Positions 44,704 to 53,566 of a stretch of 64,000 nucleotides of DNA are shown here, one piece after another. Within the stretch, counting starts at the first letter, position 1, and each line of letters opens with the position of its first letter. Below the pieces are notes generated by a model that worked only from the letters and a program-made list of their open reading frames with translations, searched no databases and was not told where the DNA came from. The stretch comes from Thermoproteota archaeon. GTDB taxonomy: Archaea > Korarchaeota > Korarchaeia > Korarchaeales > Korarchaeaceae. The position numbers and the translations under genes are program-made. The stretch spans positions 32,001-96,000 of the forward strand of contig JAOZFH010000026.1 of the NCBI GenBank assembly GCA_027491415.1, read 5' to 3'.

Positions 44704-45753
44704 TCACACGTCCTCGACGCCGCCCCCTGTGATCGCGACCTCCGCCGAGTCCTCTGGCAGGTAGGGGCTCTTGACCAGCTTGACCAGCCTGCGGTTCCCC
44801 TTGGCCCGCTTTATGTAGAGTCTGGCGGTCACCCCGTGCCCCAAGACGTGGCCTCCCGCCGGCCTGTTGGGGTCCCCGAAGAAGGCGTCCGGCTGGGCGA
44901 GGACCTGGTTGGTAACCAGCACCGCCAGGTTGTACCCCAGGGCGTACCTCAGGAGCCTGTGGAGGTACTTGTTCAGCTTCTGCTGACGCGCGGCCAAGTT
45001 CTCCCTGCCGACGAACTCCCCCCTGAAGTGGCTTATCAGCGAGTCCACGATGATCAGGCCGATGTCGTACTTCTTCAGGTACGGCTCCGCCTTCTCCGTC
45101 ACGACCATCTGGTGGTCGGCGGTGAAGGCCCTGGCCACCAGAATGTTCTTCAGGGTAGTCTCCGGGTCGAGTTCGAACCTCTCTGCTATCTGAACGATCC
45201 TCTCGGGCCTGAATGTCCCCTCGGTGTCTATGTAGAGGCACCTGCGACCGAGACCGCCCCTCTCAGGCTGGAGCTGAACGGTGACGGCAAGCTGGTGACA
45301 CAGCTGGGTCTTACCACTGCCGTAGGGCCCGTAGATCTCCGTTATGGCCTGGGTCTCGACTCCCCCTCCCAGCAGGTCGTCTAGGGCCTTGGTGCCGGTT
45401 GTTATCCTCTGAACGCTCTTTCTCCTCTGGTAGTAGTCAAAGGCGGTCATCACATCGACCTTCAGTATCTTCCTAGCCGACGCGATGATCTTGCTGGCCG
45501 TGGACATCGGTATCCCGGCCGCGGCGGAGAGCTCCGCAGGGGACGTGAGGGCTATCGACTCGAGGGTCGTGAAGCCAGCCTCCGTGAGCCTCTTCGCTAT
45601 GGTCGGCCCGACCCCGCTCAGGGTGGTGAGGTCGACCTCCTCGAAGGCCTCGGCCTCGTCCAGCTCGTCAAGCGGGGGAGACTCGGGCTCCTCTTGGGCC
45701 TCCTCTCCCCCTTCCCCCTCCTCGGGCTCCACCTTCTTCTTGGCCCTTGGCAT
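44704..45753 (-). CDS. radA: DNA repair and recombination protein RadA
   Basis: HhH N-domain, GPYGSGKTQ, YIDTEGTFRPER, VDSL..HFR and TNQV motifs. Confidence 0.97.
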   Translation of the reverse strand: MPRAKKKVEPEEGEGGEEAQEEPESPPLDELDEAEAFEEVDLTTLSGVGPTIAKRLTEAGFTTLESIALTSPAELSAAAGIPMSTASKIIASARKILKVDVMTAFDYYQRRKSVQRITTGTKALDDLLGGGVETQAITEIYGPYGSGKTQLCHQLAVTVQLQPERGGLGRRCLYIDTEGTFRPERIVQIAERFELDPETTLKNILVARAFTADHQMVVTEKAEPYLKKYDIGLIIVDSLISHFRGEFVGRENLAARQQKLNKYLHRLLRYALGYNLAVLVTNQVLAQPDAFFGDPNRPAGGHVLGHGVTARLYIKRAKGNRRLVKLVKSPYLPEDSAEVAITGGGVEDV

Positions 45754-45782
45754 CCCTGCTGCGCGGCGGCGCGGGGATAATA

Positions 45783-46445
45783 ATGTCGCGCGTGACAAAG
45801 TTTGACCAAATGAGAAGGCTTGCCGATGCCGTTCAGGAACTCGCAAGAGATCCCGAGGTCGGGAGAACGGTGAGGGAGAGGGTCAGGGAGTTCGAGGAGA
45901 TAGGGCGAGGAGGCTGGAGGCTGTGGGCCAGAGAGCTGGCGTTCTGCGTCTTGGCCGCCAACTTCAAGGCCGTCGAGGCTTTCCGGATGGCTAGCCGCCT
46001 GTGGGAGACCGGCGCGCTCTTTGAGGCCCCAGTGGGCGAGGTCGAGGAGATCCTGCGATCCATGGGACACAGGTTCCCGAGGACCCGGGCCGAGTACTTA
46101 GTGTCGAACAGACCCCTCCTCCGGAGCATTAGGGAGGTGGTGCCTAAGCTGAGCTCTGAGAGGGCGAGAGAGTGGCTGAGGGAGAACGTGCGGGGACTGG
46201 GGATGAAGGAGTCCAGCCACTTCCTGAGGAACATCGGGAGGAAAGACGTGGCCATAATCGACCGGCACATACTGAGGGTCATGCGCGAATATGGGCTCAT
46301 AGGGGACATCCCCAGGAGCCTGACGAGGGGTAGGTACCTCCAGCTGGAGGGGATCCTTCGGGGGGTCGCCGCGGAGGCTGGCCTCAGCCTAGCCGAGCTG
46401 GACCTCTGCATGTGGTACATGAAGACCGGCTTCATCTTCAGGTGA
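45783..46445 (+). CDS. ogg: 8-oxoguanine DNA glycosylase/AP lyase
   Basis: [28 protein letters not shown] and AIIDRH motifs. Confidence 0.92.
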   Translation: MSRVTKFDQMRRLADAVQELARDPEVGRTVRERVREFEEIGRGGWRLWARELAFCVLAANFKAVEAFRMASRLWETGALFEAPVGEVEEILRSMGHRFPRTRAEYLVSNRPLLRSIREVVPKLSSERAREWLRENVRGLGMKESSHFLRNIGRKDVAIIDRHILRVMREYGLIGDIPRSLTRGRYLQLEGILRGVAAEAGLSLAELDLCMWYMKTGFIFR

Positions 46446-46488
46446 GCCTGTTTATAGGTTAAACTCGCCGGCGAGCCTGGGTGAGCCC

Positions 46489-47487
46489 ATGAAGCCCAAG
46501 CTGTTCATGACCAGGGAGATCCCCGAGAGGGGCCTCAAGAAGATCAGGGAGCACTTCGAGGTCGATCTCTGGCCGGAGGAGGCCCCGCCCCCGAAGGACG
46601 TGATAATCGAGAGGGTCAAGGACAAGGACGCGCTCGTCTCGCTGCTGACGGACCCGATCGACGCCGAGGTGATGGACGCCGCGCCGAACCTGAGGATAAT
46701 CTCCCAGTACGCCGTTGGATTCGACAACATCGACGTGAAGGCCGCCACCGAGAGGGGAATCTACGTAACCAACACGCCTGGCGTCCTGACTGAGACCGTC
46801 GCGGACTTCGCGTTCGCCCTCCTGCTGGCGGTCGCCAGGAGGGTAGTCGAGGCCGACCACTACGTAAGATCCGGCCAGTGGAAGGTGGCATGGCACCCGC
46901 TCATGATGCTGGGCACAGACGTGTACGGCGCGACCCTGGGCATCGTCGGCATGGGTAGGATAGGTCAGGCCGTCGCGAGGAGGGCCAAGGGGTTCGGCAT
47001 GAAGATCCTCTACTACGACGTGGTGCCGAGACCTGAGATAGAGGAGGAGGTGGGCGCCAAGAGGGTGGACCTGGAGACCCTCCTCAAGGAGTCGGACTTC
47101 GTGAGCCTCCACGTGCCGCTCCTCCCCGAGACCTACCACATGATAGGGGAGAAGGAGCTGAGGATGATGAAGCCCACTGCCTTCCTCGTCAACACGGCCA
47201 GGGGCAAGGTGGTCGACCAGAAGGCCCTCTACAGGGCCTTGAAGGAGGGCTGGATCGCCGGGGCCGCGCTGGATGTGTTCGAGCAGGAGCCCATACCGCC
47301 CGACGATCCGCTGCTACAGCTCAAGAATGTCGTCCTCGCCCCGCACGCCGCCAGCGCCAGCATAGAGACCAGGTCTAAGATGGCCGACATAGTGGCCGAG
47401 AACCTGATCGCGTTTAAGGAGGGCAAGGTCCCGCCCACCCTCGTCAACAAGGACGTAGTGAACGTGAGGCCGCCAGGCTTCGGTTGA
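46489..47487 (+). CDS. gyaR: Glyoxylate reductase (D-2-hydroxyacid dehydrogenase)
   Basis: [33 protein letters not shown] and PH motifs. Confidence 0.9.
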   Translation: MKPKLFMTREIPERGLKKIREHFEVDLWPEEAPPPKDVIIERVKDKDALVSLLTDPIDAEVMDAAPNLRIISQYAVGFDNIDVKAATERGIYVTNTPGVLTETVADFAFALLLAVARRVVEADHYVRSGQWKVAWHPLMMLGTDVYGATLGIVGMGRIGQAVARRAKGFGMKILYYDVVPRPEIEEEVGAKRVDLETLLKESDFVSLHVPLLPETYHMIGEKELRMMKPTAFLVNTARGKVVDQKALYRALKEGWIAGAALDVFEQEPIPPDDPLLQLKNVVLAPHAASASIETRSKMADIVAENLIAFKEGKVPPTLVNKDVVNVRPPGFG

Positions 47488-47553
47488 CGCGAGATTTTCC
47501 CTCTCTCCCTTTTTCTAGGCCCGAGACTGGCGGCCAGAGGAGACGAGGTTACC

Positions 47554-48654
47554 TTGGACTCCGGCGTCTACGCCCTGCTGATCTCTTGCAGAAAGGGGGG
47601 GGAGTACCGGGTCGGGGCACTCGGCAGTTTGAGCTTCGAGGCCGGCTACTACGCCTACGTCGGTCGGGCGATGAGGGGGCTGTCCGCGCGGATAAGGAGA
47701 CACCTCCTCAGGCCGAGTCGCGTGAGGTGGCACGTCGACTGGCTCACCAGCAGGATCGAGTTCGCCCCGATGACGGCCATAGTCGGCCGAACCGACGACC
47801 CCAGACTGGAGGACCTCCTAGCGGAGGAGGTGACGGGGGAGCCGGTCAGGCGGTTCGGGTGCAGCGACTCCCGAGCGGAGACGCACCTCAAGTACCTCGG
47901 ACGGGACCTCACATCCGCCAGGAGGGAGTGCGAGCGCGCCGTGAGGAAGTTGGGGCTCACGCCGGAGTACTACGAGCGGGGTGATCTGGTCTTCGTGGAC
48001 CTAGACGGCACGCTCTGCGACTACGACGTGAAGAGGCACGACGCCCTCAGGAGGCTCGCGCCGAGGTGGGGGGTAGACCCCGAGACCCTCGTGTCGGAGT
48101 ACGAGGCCGTCAGGAGGGGGATCTACGCAGAGTTTGGGGACTCACCGGAGAGGTACTCGAAGCGCCTGCTCTTTGAGAGGCTTAGGGCCAGGCTCGGCGC
48201 GATTCCCCCGCCGGAGGAGGCGGAGGAAGAGTACTGGCAGGAGGTCCTAGAGATCGTGAGGCCTTACCCAGACGTCGCGTCCTTGAGAGAACTCAGGGGG
48301 ATGGGGATCAGGCTGGTGCTCCTTACTGACGGCATATCCCGCTGGCAGAGGGAGAAGCTAAGGGCAATCGGGTTAGAGCAATACTTCTAGGCGGTCCTTA
48401 CGTCAGAGGACCTAGGGGTCAACAAGACGAGTCCGGAGGCGTTTCGTCGGGCCCTGAGGGTGGTGGGCGCGCGGCCGGATGAGGCGATCGCGGTCGGGGA
48501 CGTCCTGAAGTCGGACGTCCTGTCGGCGCAGTCAGCTGGCGTGAGGGGGGTGTGGGTGAACAGGAGGGGGAGGGAGGCCGAGATACCCCTCGGCGCCCCC
48601 CAGCTCACGGATCTGTGGGCCCTCCCGAGGATCCTAGTGACCGGCAGTCGTTGA
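47554..48654 (+). pseudogene. DUF123 (GIY-YIG) nuclease-HAD hydrolase fusion interrupted by an in-frame TAG at 48388-48390 (pseudogene, sequence error or readthrough)
   Basis: GVY...YVG...RH..WHVD and FGCSD, then DLDGTL. After the TAG the same frame continues TSEDLG..K..GD.LKSD, completing the HAD domain. Confidence 0.75.
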
Positions 48655-49701
48655 GATGTTGAACGCCCTGGCTATAGTCAACCAGAGCGGCTGGTAGAGT
48701 ATCCCCTTCTCGGTGACGATCCCCGTGAGCAGGTGGGGGGGCGTCATATCGAACGCTGGGTTGTAGACATCGATTCCCTCTGGGGCGATCCTCACACCCC
48801 TCACCGTGGTAACCTCCTCCGGCCTTCTCTCTTCTATCCTCACGTCCGAGCGACTTGACTTCAGGTCGAACGTGCTGGTGGGGGCCACCGAGAAAATGGG
48901 GACGCCGTGCGCCCTGGCGGCAAGGGCGAGCGAGTAGGTACCGATCTTGTTATAGACCGTCCCGTCCCTCAGGATCCTGTCGGCGCCGACGAGGATGAGG
49001 TCCACTCCCTTCTCGCGGATTGTGTGCGCGGCGGCCCCGTCGACTATCAGAGTCACCGGTATCCCGGCGGCGTGGAGCTCGTAGGCGGTGAGCCTCGCCC
49101 CCTGCAGGACGGGCCTTGTCTCGAGCGCGATCACGGAGAACCTCTTGCCCTCGTCCCAAGCCATGTATATGGGCGCGGTCACTGTCCCGTACCACACGGT
49201 AGCCAGGGTGCCCGCGTTGCAGATCGTCATTACCGTCATCCCGTCCTCGATCAGCTCGGCTCCATGTCTCCCTATGGCCTTGTTGGCCTCCACATCCTCC
49301 TGAGCTATCCTCTCAGCTTCCGAGACGACTGCCCTCCTTATCTCCTCCGGGTCCCCGGACCCCGACGCGGACCTGGCAGCCCCCATGACCCTTTCGACGG
49401 CCCAGAAGAGGTTGACCGCCGTGGGCCTGGTCCTCCTCAGCCTCGCGGCCGCGGCCTCGAGATCCTCCATGAGACCTCTGGCGTCCATCGAGGAGGACGC
49501 TATCGCGACCAGGGCCAACCCATACGCAGCAGTGGCCCCTATGGCTGGGGCCCCCCTGACCACCATGGTCTCGATGGCGCGGGCCACGCACTCGACGTCT
49601 CGACACTCCACGAACCTGAGCTGTCCCGGGAGGGCCGTCTGATCTATCAGAACGACCTTGTCGTCCTCCAGTCTGACAGTCCAGGGCAGAGCAGGTGGCA
49701 T
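48634..49701 (-). CDS. mtnA: Methylthioribose-1-phosphate isomerase
   Basis: VRGAPAIG, RPTAVNL, CNAG.LAT, ETRP.LQG.RLT, GADRI, NKIGTY and NPAFD motifs. Confidence 0.93.
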   Translation of the reverse strand: MPPALPWTVRLEDDKVVLIDQTALPGQLRFVECRDVECVARAIETMVVRGAPAIGATAAYGLALVAIASSSMDARGLMEDLEAAAARLRRTRPTAVNLFWAVERVMGAARSASGSGDPEEIRRAVVSEAERIAQEDVEANKAIGRHGAELIEDGMTVMTICNAGTLATVWYGTVTAPIYMAWDEGKRFSVIALETRPVLQGARLTAYELHAAGIPVTLIVDGAAAHTIREKGVDLILVGADRILRDGTVYNKIGTYSLALAARAHGVPIFSVAPTSTFDLKSSRSDVRIEERRPEEVTTVRGVRIAPEGIDVYNPAFDMTPPHLLTGIVTEKGILYQPLWLTIARAFNISTTAGH

Positions 49702-49737
49702 CTCGCCTCCAACCTCCCGCGAGACGATCTGCGGGAA

Positions 49738-50391
49738 CTACCAGATAACGTTAGGCCTGCACCCGATCGAATCCGCCACCAGCGCCGGCAGGTCTATCAC
49801 GGCGCGAGCCCTCTCGATCACCGCCACGTCCGAACTCGCGGCGATCTCAAAGCCCGATATCAGAGTGTCCACCCGGCGGTGCGTCATAGATGTCCCAGTC
49901 AGCCCGGCCTCGGCCATCTTCTCCCTGGCCATGGCGGCAAGTTCTCCGCTGCGACTCATTGGCTCGTCGAAGGCGAGGAGCACCTCGGCCGGTCTCAGCC
50001 CGCTCAGCGCATCCACGATGAGATCCATCGCGCTCTCAGTGACATCCGACGGCTTGTATGAAGAGAAAACTCCCCGAAGGTCTCGGAGGAACCCATCGGT
50101 GCAGAGGAAGACAGGCTCCTCCAGAAGCATGGCCTCCACGGTGATCAGCACGTTGTAGCCGTCGACTCCGATCGACCTGCCGGTCGCTAGGCTCGGGGGG
50201 GTCAACTTCGAGGCGGCGAGGACGACCTCCTCCGGCCACCTGACGAGTCTCTCGACGGCAGCCCTCTCCGCCCTCGTCAGAGACAGCTTGTCGCCGACCA
50301 AGTCGACGGCCCTCCTCTTGGGGAGCGACAGGGCGGCCAGGACGAGGACCTCCCTGGCCGCCCTTCTCACGAGGTCTATCCGGACGGGCAT
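49738..50391 (-). CDS. DUF434 domain protein (NYN/PIN-like)
   Basis: VDGYNVLITVE, DGFLRDL and S.SGEL motifs. Confidence 0.8.
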   Translation of the reverse strand: MPVRIDLVRRAAREVLVLAALSLPKRRAVDLVGDKLSLTRAERAAVERLVRWPEEVVLAASKLTPPSLATGRSIGVDGYNVLITVEAMLLEEPVFLCTDGFLRDLRGVFSSYKPSDVTESAMDLIVDALSGLRPAEVLLAFDEPMSRSGELAAMAREKMAEAGLTGTSMTHRRVDTLISGFEIAASSDVAVIERARAVIDLPALVADSIGCRPNVIW

Positions 50392-53135
50392 CAGAGACTC
50401 CTCAGCTCCTCGGCTATTTCTTCCGCCAAGTTCTCAGGTGTAACCTCGGGAGGTATGGACCCCCAGGCCATCCTCTCCTGACCTCCTCCCCTACCTCCCA
50501 CCCTCTTCAGGACGCTTGAGAGAAGCTTGCCTGCGTGTACGCCCCTCTTCGCGGCCTCCTCCCCGACGGCGAGGACGACCTGCCTCTGGCCCGACCCTCC
50601 CAGCAGGCACAGGACTGCCCTCGGGTTGGAGCGGGCAAACGAGTCGGCGGCGTCGGTCAGGGCCTTCCTATCCGTGAGGTCCACGGGGACGACCCGCAGC
50701 TCCAGGCCGTTCACTTCAGCGGGTGAGCTCTCCCTTATGCTGACCTCGAGGAGCCTCTCCAGGGCGGCCGTAAGTCTCTTGCTGAGCTCGCGGTTCTCGC
50801 TGACCAGGTTCTCAACCGCAGACTCCACCTTCTCCAGCGGAGATCCCACCACCATAGAGATCCTCTTGACCCTGTCGTAGGCCTCCAAGAGCCTCTCCAC
50901 GGCGGCCATGCCGGAGCTGAACTCCAGTCTGACGACCCCGTCCTGAATCCTCCTTGCCCTCCAGACCTTGATGGGGCCTATCTCCCCCGTCCTCCTGACG
51001 TGAGTCCCCGCGCACGCCTGGACGTTGAAGTCCTCTATCTCCACAATCCTCAGGGTGAGGTCCGGGACGACACCACCCTGGTAGATCTCGAACCCGTAGA
51101 TCCTCTCAGCCTCCTGCCTAGGCATCCACTTGGTCCTGACCGGCCTGTTCTCCATCACGATCTGGTTAGCCAGGAGCTCTATCCTCCTCAGCTCCTCGTC
51201 GCTCACTGACTTGTAGTGTGTTATGTCCAGCCTACTCTCCTTCTCTCCCTTCTGAGCTCCCCACTGCCAGACGTGGTCGCCGAGAACCCTCTTTGCAGAC
51301 TCGAGCAGGACGTGGGTGCCGGTGTGGTGCCTCATGAGGGAGAGCCTCCTTGGCCAGTCTATCTCTCCCTCGACCCTGTCCCCCACCCTCACCCTCGAGA
51401 GGTCTCCCTTGACGTAGTGGATGACCCGGTCCTTGACTTTCTCCGCCCTGACTACCTCCAGCGCGCCTCCACCCTCGAGCCTGAGGAACCCTATGTCGGA
51501 CGGCTGGCCTCCCCCCTCCGGGTAGAAGGCCGTCCTGTCCAGCACCACGGCCTCTCCGCCTAGGACCCCGACTACCCTCGCCTCGAACCTGAGGGCGTAC
51601 GGGTCCTCGTAGTAGAGGAGTTCGGTCCCCGGGAGCGCCTCCACCTCCTCAACGTACTTGGGGAGTTCTGGCGGCTTGACCTCTGGGGCCTCGTGCCTAG
51701 CGGCTATCAGCTCGTAGAAGTTGTCCGGTACCTCCAGCTCTATCCCGTGCCTCTTGGCGACGTCGGCGGCCAGCTCCGGAGGGACGCCGTGAGAGTCGTA
51801 GAGCTCCATCAGGAAGTCGAGCGTGAGGCCCTTACCCTTCCTTCGCTTGAGTTCCCTCTCTATCAACTGGAGCCCCTTCTGGAGGGTCTCTCTAAACCTC
51901 TGCTCCTCTAATTGGACCATGTCCAAGATCCTGCCCCTCTTCTCGAGGAGCTCGGGGAACTGCCTTCCCCAGTAGTTGAGCTGGAGATCGACCAGCTCGG
52001 CCAGCTGGACCTCAGCCTCAAGGGCCCTTATGGCTCTCAAGGCCCTCCTGATCACGAGTCTGCCGAGGTAGCCCTCCTTGGTGTTCGACGGGACGAGCCC
52101 ATCCGCCAGCATGAAGGCAATCGTCTTCGTGTGGTCCAGGACCGAGTAGGCGAGCTCTAGAGGGGTCAGAGCGGCGTCGAGCTCGTCGGGATCCACCTCC
52201 AGCTGATCCGCTATTGCCCTCCTGAGCTCGCGGAGCTTACTCCCCCTCTCGACCTTTGCGGTCAGCGAGGAGAGCGTTGAGTAGCGGTTCAGGAGGTCGA
52301 CGTCCGGCCGCCGCACCCCCAGCCTGTCGAGGAAGGCGTCCGTCAGACTCCCGTAGATCGCGTCGAATGCGGTTGGAGTACCCTGGGAGAGCCAGACTAT
52401 CCTCTCCAGCCCGTACCCCGTGTCCACCACCCTGGTGTCCATCTTCTCGTATCTGCCGTCCGTGACCTTGTACTCCATGAACACCAGGGTAGCTATCTCG
52501 AGTCCCCTCACTATTGGCTCCACGTCAGGGCCCGCGTTGCCTCCTCCCTCCCACCATCCCTCCTTGTAGATTATCTCCTCCTCCGGTATCCCCAGAACCC
52601 TGGTCGCATACTCGTGGAACAGCTCGAGGGTTCTCTCCTTCCAGTAGATCTCCTGCCCGGGCCTGTTGAAGGCGTGGTGTGCCATCATTTCGAATATGGT
52701 GAGATGGCGGCCCATGGTCAGGCCGACCTTGTCGATGTCCTTGAGCCGTATGCAGGGCTGCGAGATCGTGAGCGGGTTGGCTGGGGGAGGGACGAGGCCG
52801 GCCGTCACGTATGGCTGGAAGTCCACTATAGACGCACTGGTGAGGAAGAGGTCGTCCCTCCACCTGGCCACCACCGGGTATCTCCTTATCCTAGTGTGCC
52901 CGCGGGACTCCATGAACGAGAGAAATCCCTCGCGGGCCTCCTCAATTGTCAGCTTCCTCGAGAGTCCGCCGCCTATGAAACCGTACGGCTCGCAGGGCGC
53001 CTCGCCGCAGACCTCCCTGTCAGGGTCCAGCGTCCAGAAGTACTCCCCGCACTTGGGGCATCTCTTGCGCACGTAGCCCCTCTCCTCGAAGAATTCGAGC
53101 CTGAGGGACTCTCCAGGGTCCGGCCTCCTCGCCAT
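50391..53135 (-). CDS. alaS: Alanine-tRNA ligase
   Basis: ASI.DFQP, FEMM.HH, W.GGGNAGP, DTGYGLER, HTGTH editing site, CAGTH and DHHA1 GGG motifs. Confidence 0.97.
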   Translation of the reverse strand: MARRPDPGESLRLEFFEERGYVRKRCPKCGEYFWTLDPDREVCGEAPCEPYGFIGGGLSRKLTIEEAREGFLSFMESRGHTRIRRYPVVARWRDDLFLTSASIVDFQPYVTAGLVPPPANPLTISQPCIRLKDIDKVGLTMGRHLTIFEMMAHHAFNRPGQEIYWKERTLELFHEYATRVLGIPEEEIIYKEGWWEGGGNAGPDVEPIVRGLEIATLVFMEYKVTDGRYEKMDTRVVDTGYGLERIVWLSQGTPTAFDAIYGSLTDAFLDRLGVRRPDVDLLNRYSTLSSLTAKVERGSKLRELRRAIADQLEVDPDELDAALTPLELAYSVLDHTKTIAFMLADGLVPSNTKEGYLGRLVIRRALRAIRALEAEVQLAELVDLQLNYWGRQFPELLEKRGRILDMVQLEEQRFRETLQKGLQLIERELKRRKGKGLTLDFLMELYDSHGVPPELAADVAKRHGIELEVPDNFYELIAARHEAPEVKPPELPKYVEEVEALPGTELLYYEDPYALRFEARVVGVLGGEAVVLDRTAFYPEGGGQPSDIGFLRLEGGGALEVVRAEKVKDRVIHYVKGDLSRVRVGDRVEGEIDWPRRLSLMRHHTGTHVLLESAKRVLGDHVWQWGAQKGEKESRLDITHYKSVSDEELRRIELLANQIVMENRPVRTKWMPRQEAERIYGFEIYQGGVVPDLTLRIVEIEDFNVQACAGTHVRRTGEIGPIKVWRARRIQDGVVRLEFSSGMAAVERLLEAYDRVKRISMVVGSPLEKVESAVENLVSENRELSKRLTAALERLLEVSIRESSPAEVNGLELRVVPVDLTDRKALTDAADSFARSNPRAVLCLLGGSGQRQVVLAVGEEAAKRGVHAGKLLSSVLKRVGGRGGGQERMAWGSIPPEVTPENLAEEIAEELRSL

Positions 53136-53187
53136 GTTAATCGGGAAGGGCGCTGATCGGTCGAATAAAATAAGGTAGTTAGGGGGC

Positions 53188-53508
53188 TCAGCCGAACAGC
53201 GCGCCGAGCCCGGCTATGGCCGCCTCCTCTTCCTCCTCCTTCTTCTCTTCCTCCTTCTTCTCCTCTGTTGGCTTCTCCTCCGCTGCCGCCTCCGCGGCGG
53301 GCATCGGCGCGGCGGCCACTGGCGCCACCGCCGCGGACTTGATCACCTCCTCGATGTCCACTCCCTCCAAGGCCTCAACGAGCTGCTTAACCCTGGCGGG
53401 ATCGGGCTCAACCCCGGCGGCCTTGAGGATGGAGCTGACCGAGTTCTCGTCTATCTCCTTGCCCAGTTCGTGGAGCAACAGGGCGGCGTACACGTACTCG
53501 AGCCCCAT
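53188..53508 (-). CDS. rpl12: 50S ribosomal stalk protein P1/L12
   Basis: [10 protein letters not shown], Ala/Glu-rich hinge and GLGALFG terminus. Confidence 0.97.
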   Translation of the reverse strand: MGLEYVYAALLLHELGKEIDENSVSSILKAAGVEPDPARVKQLVEALEGVDIEEVIKSAAVAPVAAAPMPAAEAAAEEKPTEEKKEEEKKEEEEEAAIAGLGALFG

Positions 53509-53566
53509 AGATCAACCACCTGTTCGGCGTCGTCACCCACTGCCGCGATAAAAAAGGTTTGTCCCC

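Noticed and set aside
44693-45241. N-terminal extension of the 252-aa ORF 44483-45241
   Set aside because: It overlaps radA in another frame; only the last 69 codons look like a real protein.
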